Shown here piece after piece: positions 1 through 9,309 of a stretch of 64,000 nt of DNA. The notes under the pieces were generated by a model. It was given only the letters and a program-made list of their open reading frames with translations. It was not told the origin of the DNA and did not search any database. A program made the position numbers and the translations under genes. Source of the stretch: Candidatus Chisholmbacteria bacterium RIFCSPHIGHO2_01_FULL_52_32 (GTDB lineage: Bacteria > Patescibacteriota > Microgenomatia > UBA1400 > Chisholmbacteraceae); the NCBI GenBank assembly GCA_001816585.1, contig MHCJ01000003.1:426971-490970 (forward strand), read 5' to 3'. The first letter of the stretch is position 1, and each line of letters begins with the position of its first letter.

Positions 1-512
1 TAAGGTTAAACACCCTAGCGGATGATCGTGTTGAGACAGTGCTCCCCTATTTACAGGGAAAAGTGCTTGATGTTGGCTGTGGAGAAAATTTCTTAATCAA
101 AGCCTGGGGAAATGGGATCGGTGTTGATATTTATCCTTGGAAAGGAGTTAATCTGATCTGCGATTCAACAACACTTCCATTTCATAGAGAAGTATTTGAC
201 ACAGTTACTTTCCTAGCATGTCTTAACCATATTCCTAACAGAAAAGCGGCATTGAAAGAGGCTTATAGAGTATTAAAACCCGGAGGAAAATTGATAATTA
301 CCATGTTATCGAAAAAAATCGGTTTCATTTGTCATAAAATGATATTTCATTGCGATCCGGATTTACGTAACAGGCATAAGGAAAAAGGAGAAGAATGGGG
401 TCTCAATGATTCTGAGATCTTTGACCTGTTTGAGCAGACAAAATTCAATAATTTCCAAACCTATAGTTTCGGTTTTGCCAATTTAAATAACTTATATCTG
501 GCTTGCAAATAA
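1..512 (+). CDS. Class I SAM-dependent methyltransferase, 5'-truncated by the window edge
   Basis: VLDVGCG motif I and EAYRVLKPGG motif. The frame is open from base 3 (RLNTLADDRVETVLPYL...), so the true start lies upstream. Confidence 0.85.
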   Translation, partial: RLNTLADDRVETVLPYLQGKVLDVGCGENFLIKAWGNGIGVDIYPWKGVNLICDSTTLPFHREVFDTVTFLACLNHIPNRKAALKEAYRVLKPGGKLIITMLSKKIGFICHKMIFHCDPDLRNRHKEKGEEWGLNDSEIFDLFEQTKFNNFQTYSFGFANLNNLYLACK

Positions 513-1631
513 TATTCTTTTAATAAACTCCAGATGAGAAATATTTGAGAAAGTCAAATAAATACGCAAGGTGTTTAACAGGTATAAACCGATTAAAATC
601 GCAACCAGCAAACCGCGGCGAAATTTTTTTCCCAGTGTTACACGATCAGACAAATTCAGCATCCCTGATGCGGCAAGCGGGAGCAGAATTACGAATAGAG
701 TAAAAGCAAATCTTGACATAGCGTAGGGCCATATAAAAATCGGCACCAGTAACCCAGTTGCAATGAGTATCATGAGTGAATTGTATTTTTTATTAAAAGA
801 ATATTTAAAAGCAGCAAAAATGATAAAAGGAATTATGTATAAAAAGGCTGAGACAAAAGAAAACAGGTGTTCCCTGACTGATGTTGCATGGTCTTGAATC
901 TCAGAACTTAAAAGAAACCAAGGGAAAAGATCAAGATTCACTTTAATCCAGGAATAGAAGATGAATAAAGGTAAAGAGGCACTGAGAATAAACAGGAAGA
1001 GCAGAGTTATTCGCTTGGCTCTTTTTATTTTTAACATGTAAGCAAATATTATCGGAAACAGAAATACCAAATTCATTTTAATAAGAGGAGCTAAACCGAA
1101 AATGATTCCATATAGGAAAAAAGCCGTGTTGTTCAGATGGTTCTTGCTGATGAGTAAGATCATCAAGAAAATCAACAATAATTCGAAAAACCATGTCAGG
1201 GAGTCCGGCATCACGGAAAAAGCGTAGTATTGGCTGTGGAAATCGATGAGGAAAAGGAGGGCTGCAATCGCAGCCACCTTGCGGTTGGTGAGCTTAAGAG
1301 CAATCCGATAGAGCAAAATCCCGCTGCCTACGAGGGCGGCGAGATTGAGCGGCAGATAAGCACCGGCAACCGGGATTCCGGTCGCCCATGAGAGAAGCGC
1401 AGCCGCTCCCGGAATCAGAGGATTTTGTAAGCAGTGGGGGTTGATACGCGATATTTCTTCCTGTCCGAGGAAGTATTCTCCGACAGCGATCCAGCAGGGA
1501 CTGTCTTCGGTTTCGCGAAAAGAGAAGAGGCTCAGATGGATGATTGAGACAAGGAGGGCAATTCCGACGAACGTAAACAGGGCTCTACTCTGTCTATTTT
1601 TTCCACCTTTTTTCCCGGCGAGGTTTTCCAT
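492..1631 (-). CDS. Polytopic membrane protein, probable GT-C (ArnT/PMT-like) glycosyltransferase
   Basis: About 10 hydrophobic segments, an acidic EDS after TM1, and PLIP and PDSL motifs. Start moved to ATG at 1631 (MENLAGKK) to avoid overlapping the divergent gene. Confidence 0.65.
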   Translation of the reverse strand: MENLAGKKGGKNRQSRALFTFVGIALLVSIIHLSLFSFRETEDSPCWIAVGEYFLGQEEISRINPHCLQNPLIPGAAALLSWATGIPVAGAYLPLNLAALVGSGILLYRIALKLTNRKVAAIAALLFLIDFHSQYYAFSVMPDSLTWFFELLLIFLMILLISKNHLNNTAFFLYGIIFGLAPLIKMNLVFLFPIIFAYMLKIKRAKRITLLFLFILSASLPLFIFYSWIKVNLDLFPWFLLSSEIQDHATSVREHLFSFVSAFLYIIPFIIFAAFKYSFNKKYNSLMILIATGLLVPIFIWPYAMSRFAFTLFVILLPLAASGMLNLSDRVTLGKKFRRGLLVAILIGLYLLNTLRIYLTFSNISHLEFIKRILFASQI

Positions 1632-1647
1632 TTTCTCTTTTGTATCC

Positions 1648-1656
1648 TGATACAAT
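1648..1656 (+). promoter_or_regulatory. Extended -10 promoter (TGATACAAT), probably leaderless
   Basis: TGnTACAAT ends 6 nt before the ATG at 1663; no SD. Confidence 0.55.
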
Positions 1657-1662
1657 ACTACC

Positions 1663-2379
1663 ATGGCGCTTGCGCGACTCTTGGCGGTGTTCACATACAT
1701 CCTGAAGAAGCTCAACTTTCTTGATCTCCGCGTGTATTCTCTGGCTGGATTTTCCTCAGAGAAAAAATTCGATTATCAGCGGAGATATATCAAATTCCGT
1801 CTTACGAAAGACGCCCGAGTTCTTGACGTCGGAAGCGGAGGCGAACCGTTTCCGTATGCAACCTATCTTGTTGATCTCTACCCAGGTAAAACTCAACACC
1901 GATATAATGAACTTAAAACCAATAGAAAACCTTTAATCCAAGCATCTGTTGAACATTTACCATTTAAGCGCAAATCCATTGATTTTGCCTATTGTGCTCA
2001 TGTTCTTGAACATGTGGATGATCCTGCTCGTGCGTGTGAAGAGCTCATGCGTGTCGGCAAACGCGGATACATCGAAGTTCCTACCCGTCTATCCGACATT
2101 ATATTCAACTTCACCAAAATCCCGAACTTCCATCGATGGTATGTGAACAGGGCGGGCAACTCATTAATCTTTGTCGAATACTCGGACTATGAGCGCAGAG
2201 ATACCAGATGTAATGAGTTCTACCAATTCGCCCATTCACGATACGATAATCCTCTTCGGAGGATGTTCCGCAGGAATAAGGATCTGATTACCAATATGTT
2301 CATGTGGGACCAGCGGTTTTCCTATTATGTCTTCAGTAAAGACGGTGAGTTACTCTCCCGTTCAACGAATGGTATTTAA
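1663..2379 (+). CDS. Class I SAM-dependent methyltransferase
   Basis: VLDVGSGG, LPF..KSIDF, HVLEHVDDP motifs. Confidence 0.85.
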   Translation: MALARLLAVFTYILKKLNFLDLRVYSLAGFSSEKKFDYQRRYIKFRLTKDARVLDVGSGGEPFPYATYLVDLYPGKTQHRYNELKTNRKPLIQASVEHLPFKRKSIDFAYCAHVLEHVDDPARACEELMRVGKRGYIEVPTRLSDIIFNFTKIPNFHRWYVNRAGNSLIFVEYSDYERRDTRCNEFYQFAHSRYDNPLRRMFRRNKDLITNMFMWDQRFSYYVFSKDGELLSRSTNGI

Positions 2380-3010
2380 CCACTTACTCTTTAATAGAAT
2401 CAGCAGTCTCTTCCGCAGGACGCGACATTCACCGGAAACTTCCGGAAAACCGGTCACAAAACTCAATCTCGGCTCAGGATCGAGGAAACTGAACGGTTAC
2501 TGCAATATCGATGTTTCGTCCCATGCCGATCTCCAACTTGACCTTGAGAGAGAGTCTCTACCGTTCCCTGACGAATCCATTGATACCGTTGTCTGTATCT
2601 CGGCGATCAATTACTTTACCCGCGATCGGGCGCTAGAAATCATCTATGACGTTTTCAGGGTTCTCAAGCCGGGAGGAGTTGCCAGGTTCGCGGTTCAGGA
2701 TCTTCGGAAAATCGCAAAAAAGTACGTTGAGCGTGATCGGGACTTTTTCTTCCAGAAGTTGGCTGACGGAAGAGAGCGTTTTGAAGGGGATACGATGGCA
2801 GACAAATTCAATGCGTGGTTTTACGGGTATCGAACTTCCCAGGGGAAGCATTGCAAATATTTCTATGATTTTGAATCGCTGGCGCTGCTTTTCCGAAAAG
2901 CTGGTTTTGTAAAGATCGAGGAAAAAAAGTACCGTGAGAGCCGAATTCCTAACATCAAAGATATTGATAACAGACCGGAACAGATGTTTTTTTTAGAAGC
3001 CGTAAAGTGA
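2369..3010 (+). CDS. SAM-dependent methyltransferase-domain protein
   Basis: KLNLGSG...GYCNID, LPFPDESID, RVLKPGG. ATG at 2369 overlaps the end of the upstream gene. Confidence 0.85.
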   Translation: MVFNHLLFNRISSLFRRTRHSPETSGKPVTKLNLGSGSRKLNGYCNIDVSSHADLQLDLERESLPFPDESIDTVVCISAINYFTRDRALEIIYDVFRVLKPGGVARFAVQDLRKIAKKYVERDRDFFFQKLADGRERFEGDTMADKFNAWFYGYRTSQGKHCKYFYDFESLALLFRKAGFVKIEEKKYRESRIPNIKDIDNRPEQMFFLEAVK

Positions 3011-4186
3011 ATGGACAACACTTTCACTTCCCTATTCCTAAAGACAAAGGAAACGCTCGTCAAGCACAAGCTTTCTTGGGCGTTTCGTTCCAGAGCCGGA
3101 CAAGCGGGTGCGGATTCTCTTCACCTTTCATCCGCGATGGAGTGGCTTAAAACTTCGCAAGACGGAAGTAAGGATTCCGGTATCTCTGCATATTTTGATC
3201 TTCTGAAGCATTCCTGGGCGTATTCATATCCGGAGACGACGGGGTATATTATTCCTACCTTTCTTGCCTACGCGGATACATCGCAAAAGTATGAGTTTGA
3301 GGAACGGGCGATCCGGATGGGAGATTGGGAAATTGCCGTCCAGCTCCCTTCCGGCGCTTGCCGGGCCGGTGACGTGCGCAACCGGTTTCCGCGCGTTTTT
3401 AATACCGGCCAAGTTATTTTAGGTTGGTGCTCTTTGTTTCGCCGAACCTCGGATCCGAAGTACCTGCGTGCGGCCGTGGATGCTTCCTCCTGGTTGGTTC
3501 GCGTTCAAGATGATGATGGGAAGTGGACACGTCATACATACCAAGGTCCCCGAACCTACCATGCACGGGTATCCTGGGCCTTGCTCGAGACGTATGCCCT
3601 GTCTGAAAGAAAAGTTTTCCTCAAGGCTGCCCAAAAGAATCTCTCTTGGGTCCTCTCACAACAAACGGACAATGGCTGGTTTCGAAACACCAGTCTTTCT
3701 GATCCGAACTCGCCTTGGACACACCTCATCGCCTACACCGTTCAGGGTCTTTTAGAATCTCACCGATTGCTTTCCAACTCAGCACTGTCTACAAACGTCT
3801 ATGCGGGTGCCAAGCGCGCCGCTTCCAAGCTTCGTACCGTATATGCGGCTTCGTCCTTTCTGTTACCTTCTTCGCTTGATGCCCGTTGGAAATCTTCTGA
3901 TTTGTATTCCTGCCTTACCGGAGATGCCCAGATTGCAGTCGTCTGGCTGAAACTCCATGCTACAAGCGGAGATTCAACGTATCGGAAAGCAGCTCTCCGA
4001 ATGATCGGGGAACTCAAGACGATTCAACGCGCCGATCATCGTGATCCAGCCTTACGAGGAGGTATCCCCGGATCTTATCCTGTTGATGGGGCGTACGCGC
4101 GCTACAAGCTATTAAGCTGGGCAACGAAGTTCTTTGCGGATGCATTACTGCTGAAGGCTAATTCTCGATTGGTGCTTGGAGGTTAG
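3011..4186 (+). CDS. (alpha/alpha)-barrel protein with squalene-cyclase/prenyltransferase-like QxxxGxW repeats; function unknown
   Basis: Repeated W-L-x-x-x-Q-x-x-x-G motifs (WLKTSQDGS, WEIAVQLPSG, WLVRVQDDDGKW, WVLSQQTDNGW), plus YPETTGYIIPT and WATKFFADA. Confidence 0.7.
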   Translation: MDNTFTSLFLKTKETLVKHKLSWAFRSRAGQAGADSLHLSSAMEWLKTSQDGSKDSGISAYFDLLKHSWAYSYPETTGYIIPTFLAYADTSQKYEFEERAIRMGDWEIAVQLPSGACRAGDVRNRFPRVFNTGQVILGWCSLFRRTSDPKYLRAAVDASSWLVRVQDDDGKWTRHTYQGPRTYHARVSWALLETYALSERKVFLKAAQKNLSWVLSQQTDNGWFRNTSLSDPNSPWTHLIAYTVQGLLESHRLLSNSALSTNVYAGAKRAASKLRTVYAASSFLLPSSLDARWKSSDLYSCLTGDAQIAVVWLKLHATSGDSTYRKAALRMIGELKTIQRADHRDPALRGGIPGSYPVDGAYARYKLLSWATKFFADALLLKANSRLVLGG

Positions 4187-5431
4187 ATGACCAAAGCTGA
4201 ACGTTCACGTAAAAAATCCATCAAGGTACTGTTTCTTTTCCAGGGGACCACACACTATTACAATTTGGTACTCAGTAAGCTAAACAGTCACCCTGAGATT
4301 GATGTTTCGGATGTGGTGCCTACTGCGCCACAGAATTTGGGCGAAGGGGTCTACCAGACGCGCGAAGGCATTCAATTTACACTCTTTGAGCTTCCCGAGT
4401 ACAAGATCTTTCAACGCTACTATTTCTTCAAGGGATTTTTAACAATTCTCTTAAAGGAGCGGCCGCATATTGTCGTCACCACAAAAGTGTACCTGCGGGG
4501 TTTCTTTTACCATCTCCCGACCTTTCTTATCATGCGGCTGTTCGGCACCAAGCTCATCCTTAAGGACCACCCCTTCCGTTTCCTTCCGTACCCAGAAAGA
4601 CGGCAACGGATTCTCTTGAAGTTCCATGCCTTATCCTTCCGGACACCGGTCCTGGCTGCGAGAAGCGTATTGTCTTTGGCGCTTCAGCTCCTTTCCCTTG
4701 AAGAAGAACGACTGTTGTATCGTATGGTTGACGCTTTCGTGTGTTACATCGAAGATGCTTATGCCCTTTTCGGAAGTTACGGAGTTCCGAGGCAGCGCAT
4801 CTTTATTACTTATAACTCTCCCGATACCGACCATCTCTTCACCATTCGGAGGAAACTCGAAAGTCGGGTACCGAATATCACCCGGCACCCATACCGTGTC
4901 ATCCATGTGGGACGACTCATCCCGTGGAAAAACGTCGACCTCCTCATCCGAGCCTTCGGGCAAGTCAAGCGGCGGTTTCCGAAAGCGGAACTTGCGATTG
5001 TGGGCTACGGACCACAAAAGGAGGAGTTGCTGCGGCTGACCCGATCCCTCGGACTTGAACGGTCGGTGAAGTTTCTCGGTGGCATTTACGATTACACCGA
5101 TCTCGGGAAAACGCTTCTCGGTTGTTCAGTCTATGTGTTAGCAGGGATGGGCGGAATTTCGATTAATGATGCGATGGCGTTTGGGCTTCCGATCATCTGT
5201 TCAGTCGGCGATGGGACGGAGAAGAAACTTGTCCGTCACAGACATAATGGGCTGTTCTTCTCTGAAGGTAATGAAGATGATCTTGCTGAGAAGATCAACT
5301 ATCTTCTCGCACACCCACAACTCCGAGATAAGATGGGAAAACGGTCCACAGAGATCATTCGGAGTAAAATCAACATCAATACGGTCATTCGCGGATATCT
5401 CAACGCCTTTTTATATGCCACCCGCAAGTAA
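4187..5431 (+). CDS. GT4 glycosyltransferase
   Basis: HVGRLIPWKNVD, VGYGP, GISINDAMAFGLPII. Confidence 0.9.
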   Translation: MTKAERSRKKSIKVLFLFQGTTHYYNLVLSKLNSHPEIDVSDVVPTAPQNLGEGVYQTREGIQFTLFELPEYKIFQRYYFFKGFLTILLKERPHIVVTTKVYLRGFFYHLPTFLIMRLFGTKLILKDHPFRFLPYPERRQRILLKFHALSFRTPVLAARSVLSLALQLLSLEEERLLYRMVDAFVCYIEDAYALFGSYGVPRQRIFITYNSPDTDHLFTIRRKLESRVPNITRHPYRVIHVGRLIPWKNVDLLIRAFGQVKRRFPKAELAIVGYGPQKEELLRLTRSLGLERSVKFLGGIYDYTDLGKTLLGCSVYVLAGMGGISINDAMAFGLPIICSVGDGTEKKLVRHRHNGLFFSEGNEDDLAEKINYLLAHPQLRDKMGKRSTEIIRSKININTVIRGYLNAFLYATRK

Positions 5432-6539
5432 AGAGCAGTACCGAATCCTGTCTGTGGTCGGAACCCGGCCGAACTTCATCAAGATTTCCCCGCTCCTTCG
5501 GGAGATGCATAGGTTCCCCGGGATTCAGCCTCTGCTCGTCCATACCGGTCAACATTACGACCGTGAACTGAGCCAGCAATACTTTTCCGACATGCACCTG
5601 CCTCCGCCCGACTTCGAGCTTGCGGTTCGTGAGAAGACCAATTCGCTTCAAGTGGCCAAGATCATCCAGCGCCTCGAACCTGTCTGTCATAAAGTGAAAC
5701 CTCACCTGCTGCTCGTCGTCGGGGATGTCAATTCGACGCTGGCCGGAAGCCTTGTCGGAACCTACCTTGGAGTCCCAATCGCTCATGTTGAGGCAGGGCT
5801 TCGTTCTTTTGACCGGACGATGCCCGAGGAAACGAACAGGGTTGTCACCGACCGCCTTTCCACCTTCCTGTTTACGACTGAAAAGAGCGCAAGTGTTAAC
5901 CTCCTTGGTGAAGGTGTGCCCCGCGAACGGATCTTTTTCGTCGGCAATGTGATGATCGATACCCTGTGTTCTCATCTGCCGCAAATTCTTCAATCTACTG
6001 TTCTCCGGCGCCTCGGTCTCAAGAAGAAACGGTACGCAGTCCTTACCCTGCACCGTCCTTCGAATGTCGACGACCGAAGACAGCTTGAGTTACTCATGAG
6101 AACGTTCGATCAGCTCTCAAAGAAGTTGCCTTTGGTCTTTCCTATCCATCCGCGAACCCGGGATAATCTTGTGAAATTCCGGCTTTCGGAACTTCTCGCA
6201 AATATTCGGGTGGTTGACTCACTTGCCTATTCCGATTTTCTGTTTCTGATTCAGAATGCCAAACTCGTCCTCACCGATTCAGGAGGGATTCAGGAAGAAA
6301 CGACGTACCTGAAGGTCCCCTGCCTCACCATTCGGGAAAATACCGAGCGTCCGGTAACTGTTCAGCTGGGGACAAACCGGATTGTCGGGACCACGCCAAC
6401 ATCCATTTCCAGGGTTTTCTCCGCGGTTCTCCGCGGCCCCGTTAAGCGGGGAAAAATCCCGCCTCTGTGGGATGGCAAAACCGCGTCCCGGATTGTGAAG
6501 ATCCTCCTTCACCATTACAATAGAGCCATTCGTCCATAA
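5415..6539 (+). CDS. wecB: UDP-N-acetylglucosamine 2-epimerase (non-hydrolysing)
   Basis: GTRPNFIK, HTGQHYD, HVEAGLRS, MPEETNR, TDSGGIQEE, RENTERP. Start trimmed to ATG at 5415. Confidence 0.95.
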   Translation: MPPASKEQYRILSVVGTRPNFIKISPLLREMHRFPGIQPLLVHTGQHYDRELSQQYFSDMHLPPPDFELAVREKTNSLQVAKIIQRLEPVCHKVKPHLLLVVGDVNSTLAGSLVGTYLGVPIAHVEAGLRSFDRTMPEETNRVVTDRLSTFLFTTEKSASVNLLGEGVPRERIFFVGNVMIDTLCSHLPQILQSTVLRRLGLKKKRYAVLTLHRPSNVDDRRQLELLMRTFDQLSKKLPLVFPIHPRTRDNLVKFRLSELLANIRVVDSLAYSDFLFLIQNAKLVLTDSGGIQEETTYLKVPCLTIRENTERPVTVQLGTNRIVGTTPTSISRVFSAVLRGPVKRGKIPPLWDGKTASRIVKILLHHYNRAIRP

Positions 6540-6555
6540 GTACAGGACTCTTTCT

Positions 6556-7239
6556 ATGTTCTTAAAATTGCGTAAATCTCCGAAGCCTACCCGAGAATTA
6601 CCTTCCAGCGACTCTTCCGTCATAAAAAAGGTCCAAGCTTTTACCATGCTGTCTCCCGACAGATTGGGGAATCTGTTCCGCCTGGCGAGCGAACTGGTTT
6701 CCCGCTCCGTCGGCGGGGATTTTGTAGAGTGCGGGGCCTGCCGGGGAGGGAGCGGGGCTATTATGGCTTATATTGCCAAGGGTGAAGGTTGGAAGCGGAA
6801 GGTATGGCTCGTTGACTCGTTCATGGGGCACCCCGAACCTTCGAAAATTTCAGGCATCGACAGGGAAATCATGAAGGAGTGGGCGGGTACAATGATCGCA
6901 TCGCAAGCCGATGTCCGAAAAGCCCTGAAAACCGTTGGTGCGTACTCTGAGAAGCATATCCGCATCGTCCCGGGATGGTTTCAGGATTCTCTCCTTTCGA
7001 TAAAGATCCGAAAGATTGCCCTTCTCCACATTGATGCCGATTGGTACGACGCGACGCTGTTGTGCCTTGAGAAGCTCTATCCTTCTGTCGTTTCCGGCGG
7101 CTATGTGGTTGTCGATGATTACGATAATCCCTCCTTTCCCGGTGTCAAACAGGCGGTCAGGGAATTCTTTGCCGACAAAGCACATGAAATTTCATTCTCT
7201 TTTGAAGTCAGTCCGGCCCTGACAGTGAAGAAAGGTTGA
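6556..7239 (+). CDS. TylF/MycF/NovP-family sugar O-methyltransferase
   Basis: GDFVECGACRGGS, DSFMG, GWFQDSL, LHIDADWY, GGYVVVDDY. Confidence 0.9.
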   Translation: MFLKLRKSPKPTRELPSSDSSVIKKVQAFTMLSPDRLGNLFRLASELVSRSVGGDFVECGACRGGSGAIMAYIAKGEGWKRKVWLVDSFMGHPEPSKISGIDREIMKEWAGTMIASQADVRKALKTVGAYSEKHIRIVPGWFQDSLLSIKIRKIALLHIDADWYDATLLCLEKLYPSVVSGGYVVVDDYDNPSFPGVKQAVREFFADKAHEISFSFEVSPALTVKKG

Positions 7240-8570
7240 GGCCGATGATATCTTCTCCTTTATCCGTGGTTCATTTCTCAACCTCCGATTCGCATGGCGC
7301 CCATCGCGCGACCTACCTTCTTCATCGTGCACTCCTGTCCAGTGGTGTTCAATCCGAGATGCTGGTCAAATTCAAAACGAATACTGATCCCAGCGTTTCC
7401 ATCGTGGGAAAGCCTACTTTTCCCGAACGGCTTCGAAGCTCCCTCGACCCCAAGAGTGCACTCGGTTCTTTCTACCTTGAAACCCGGCGCTCCCTGAGAA
7501 TACGTTTGGGGAAACCGATGCACTCGTTCAATGAGAACACCAACACCCTCATACTCCGGGATGCTCTTCCACACCTCAGCAAGGTTGATATCATCCTTCT
7601 CTCCTGGATTGACGGATTCCTTTCGACCGGGATGATTCGCCGTCTCTACGAACAGACGCGCGCGCCGATCATCTGGACGCTTATGGATGCGGAACCGGTC
7701 ACGGGTGGGTGTCATTACCCCGGCACCTGCCGGGGATACACGCGGCGCTGCGGGCTGTGCCCCCAACTTCCCTTGCGCAAGGAACAGGACCTGTCAAGGA
7801 AGAATTGGCTCGCCAAGTATGCCGATCTTTCGGATTTACCGATCACGTTTGTCGCTCCTTCGCGCTGGTTACGTAAGAAGGTGAAAAGCAGTTCTCTGTT
7901 CCGTGCACGCCGGGTTGAACACATCTTACTTTCCGTCGATACTCGCCTTTTCCGCACTGCCTCGAAAGAGGTGGCCCGACGTTCCCTTCAATTGCCTTCT
8001 GACAAACACGTCGTCTTCTTCGGCGCCCGTTCGATGGCGGAAGAACGTAAAGGCATGCGGTATTTTGTTGAAGCGCTGCAAATCCTGAAGGAGCGGCTGC
8101 GAAAAACGCGCTCCTTCCGACCGCAATCCGTCCTTTTGCTGTCAGCGGGAGAGCGGTTGCCGGATGTTGACTTCGGATTTCCTCTCAAACACTTCGGATT
8201 CGTGTATGATATGCGAACACTGGCGCGTTTATACCAGGCTTCAGATGTTTTCGCCTGTTCCTCGATCGAAGACGGAGGACCGATGATGATCAATGAGGCA
8301 ATCATGTGCGCAACTCCTACCGTTGCCTTTGACACCGGAGTCGCCCCCGATCTTATAACCTCCGGCGAACGCGGGTATGTCGCCAAGATTCGTGATGCGA
8401 AGGATTTTGCCCAAGGCTTGTATCGGTCTCTCACCCTTACGTCCCGAGGCAGTCCAAGCTTCACTGAAAAACGCTGCTTTCCCTTTTATCAGGCAAGGTC
8501 GTACCGAAAGCTCTTTTCCGAGGTAATCATCTCCCACTCCAAAGGACACCCAAATGAGAAGCACGCGTAG
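7236..8570 (+). CDS. GT4 glycosyltransferase (WcaC-like, with Cys-rich insert)
   Basis: TGGCHYPGTC...CGLCPQL, APSRWL, RKG, EAIMCATP. Confidence 0.88.
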   Translation: MRPMISSPLSVVHFSTSDSHGAHRATYLLHRALLSSGVQSEMLVKFKTNTDPSVSIVGKPTFPERLRSSLDPKSALGSFYLETRRSLRIRLGKPMHSFNENTNTLILRDALPHLSKVDIILLSWIDGFLSTGMIRRLYEQTRAPIIWTLMDAEPVTGGCHYPGTCRGYTRRCGLCPQLPLRKEQDLSRKNWLAKYADLSDLPITFVAPSRWLRKKVKSSSLFRARRVEHILLSVDTRLFRTASKEVARRSLQLPSDKHVVFFGARSMAEERKGMRYFVEALQILKERLRKTRSFRPQSVLLLSAGERLPDVDFGFPLKHFGFVYDMRTLARLYQASDVFACSSIEDGGPMMINEAIMCATPTVAFDTGVAPDLITSGERGYVAKIRDAKDFAQGLYRSLTLTSRGSPSFTEKRCFPFYQARSYRKLFSEVIISHSKGHPNEKHA

Positions 8571-9306
8571 ATCATCACTGGATATCACCCACCTCCCTTG
8601 GGACTCGGAACTCTTCGGTATCAAGGTTTATCAAGTTTCGGAAAATGTCACCCTCACTCCCGCACGCCTGCCACGACTGATAAAGGAGCTTTTAGATAAT
8701 CAGGTTGATCTCCTCTACTATTTGCACGATGCCAAGCGCTCGCGGGACGTTTATACGCTTACCGCATCCGGGTTCCGATTCATCGATACCCGCATCGTCC
8801 TGAACATCGAGCTGAAGTCTGCAAAGATCACGGATACGGTGCCCTGGTTCCAACTGGTGAAGCGGAATGCAGGCCAAGTCAATCTCAAACCACTGATTGC
8901 CATGTCCAAAGATTTAGCCGCAACGAGCCGCTTCTCTGCCGACCGTCTCCTCAAAAAAACGCTGATCCTTAAGATGTATAAGACATGGATCCTCAAATCC
9001 CTGGAGTTTGAGATGGCGGATTACTGGTTCGGATTAGGAACCCCGTCCGATCCGTTTACCTTTGTTACGTTTAAGACCATTCGACCTGGCGAAGTTTCCC
9101 TTTCCCTCATTGCAACGCGGCGGGACTTACGAAGAAAAGGATACGGAAGCGCTCTTCTCCGCCATGCGTTCCAAGCCCTGCTTGCAAAAAAAGTGAATCG
9201 CGTCCGTGTCGGTATGCAGCTCACAAACACCAAGGCATTGGCATTCTATGAGAAAATGGGATTCCGCAGCGTTGGCAGCTGGTATATATTTCACTGGCAC
9301 CGCTAG
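8554..9306 (+). CDS. wecD: GNAT acetyltransferase, dTDP-fucosamine acetyltransferase-like
   Basis: LPWDSELFG N-terminus, SRF..D, RRKGYG acetyl-CoA motif, QLTN..A..FYEKMGF; directly upstream of wecE. Confidence 0.75.
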   Translation: MRSTRRSSLDITHLPWDSELFGIKVYQVSENVTLTPARLPRLIKELLDNQVDLLYYLHDAKRSRDVYTLTASGFRFIDTRIVLNIELKSAKITDTVPWFQLVKRNAGQVNLKPLIAMSKDLAATSRFSADRLLKKTLILKMYKTWILKSLEFEMADYWFGLGTPSDPFTFVTFKTIRPGEVSLSLIATRRDLRRKGYGSALLRHAFQALLAKKVNRVRVGMQLTNTKALAFYEKMGFRSVGSWYIFHWHR

Positions 9307-9309
9307 TCT

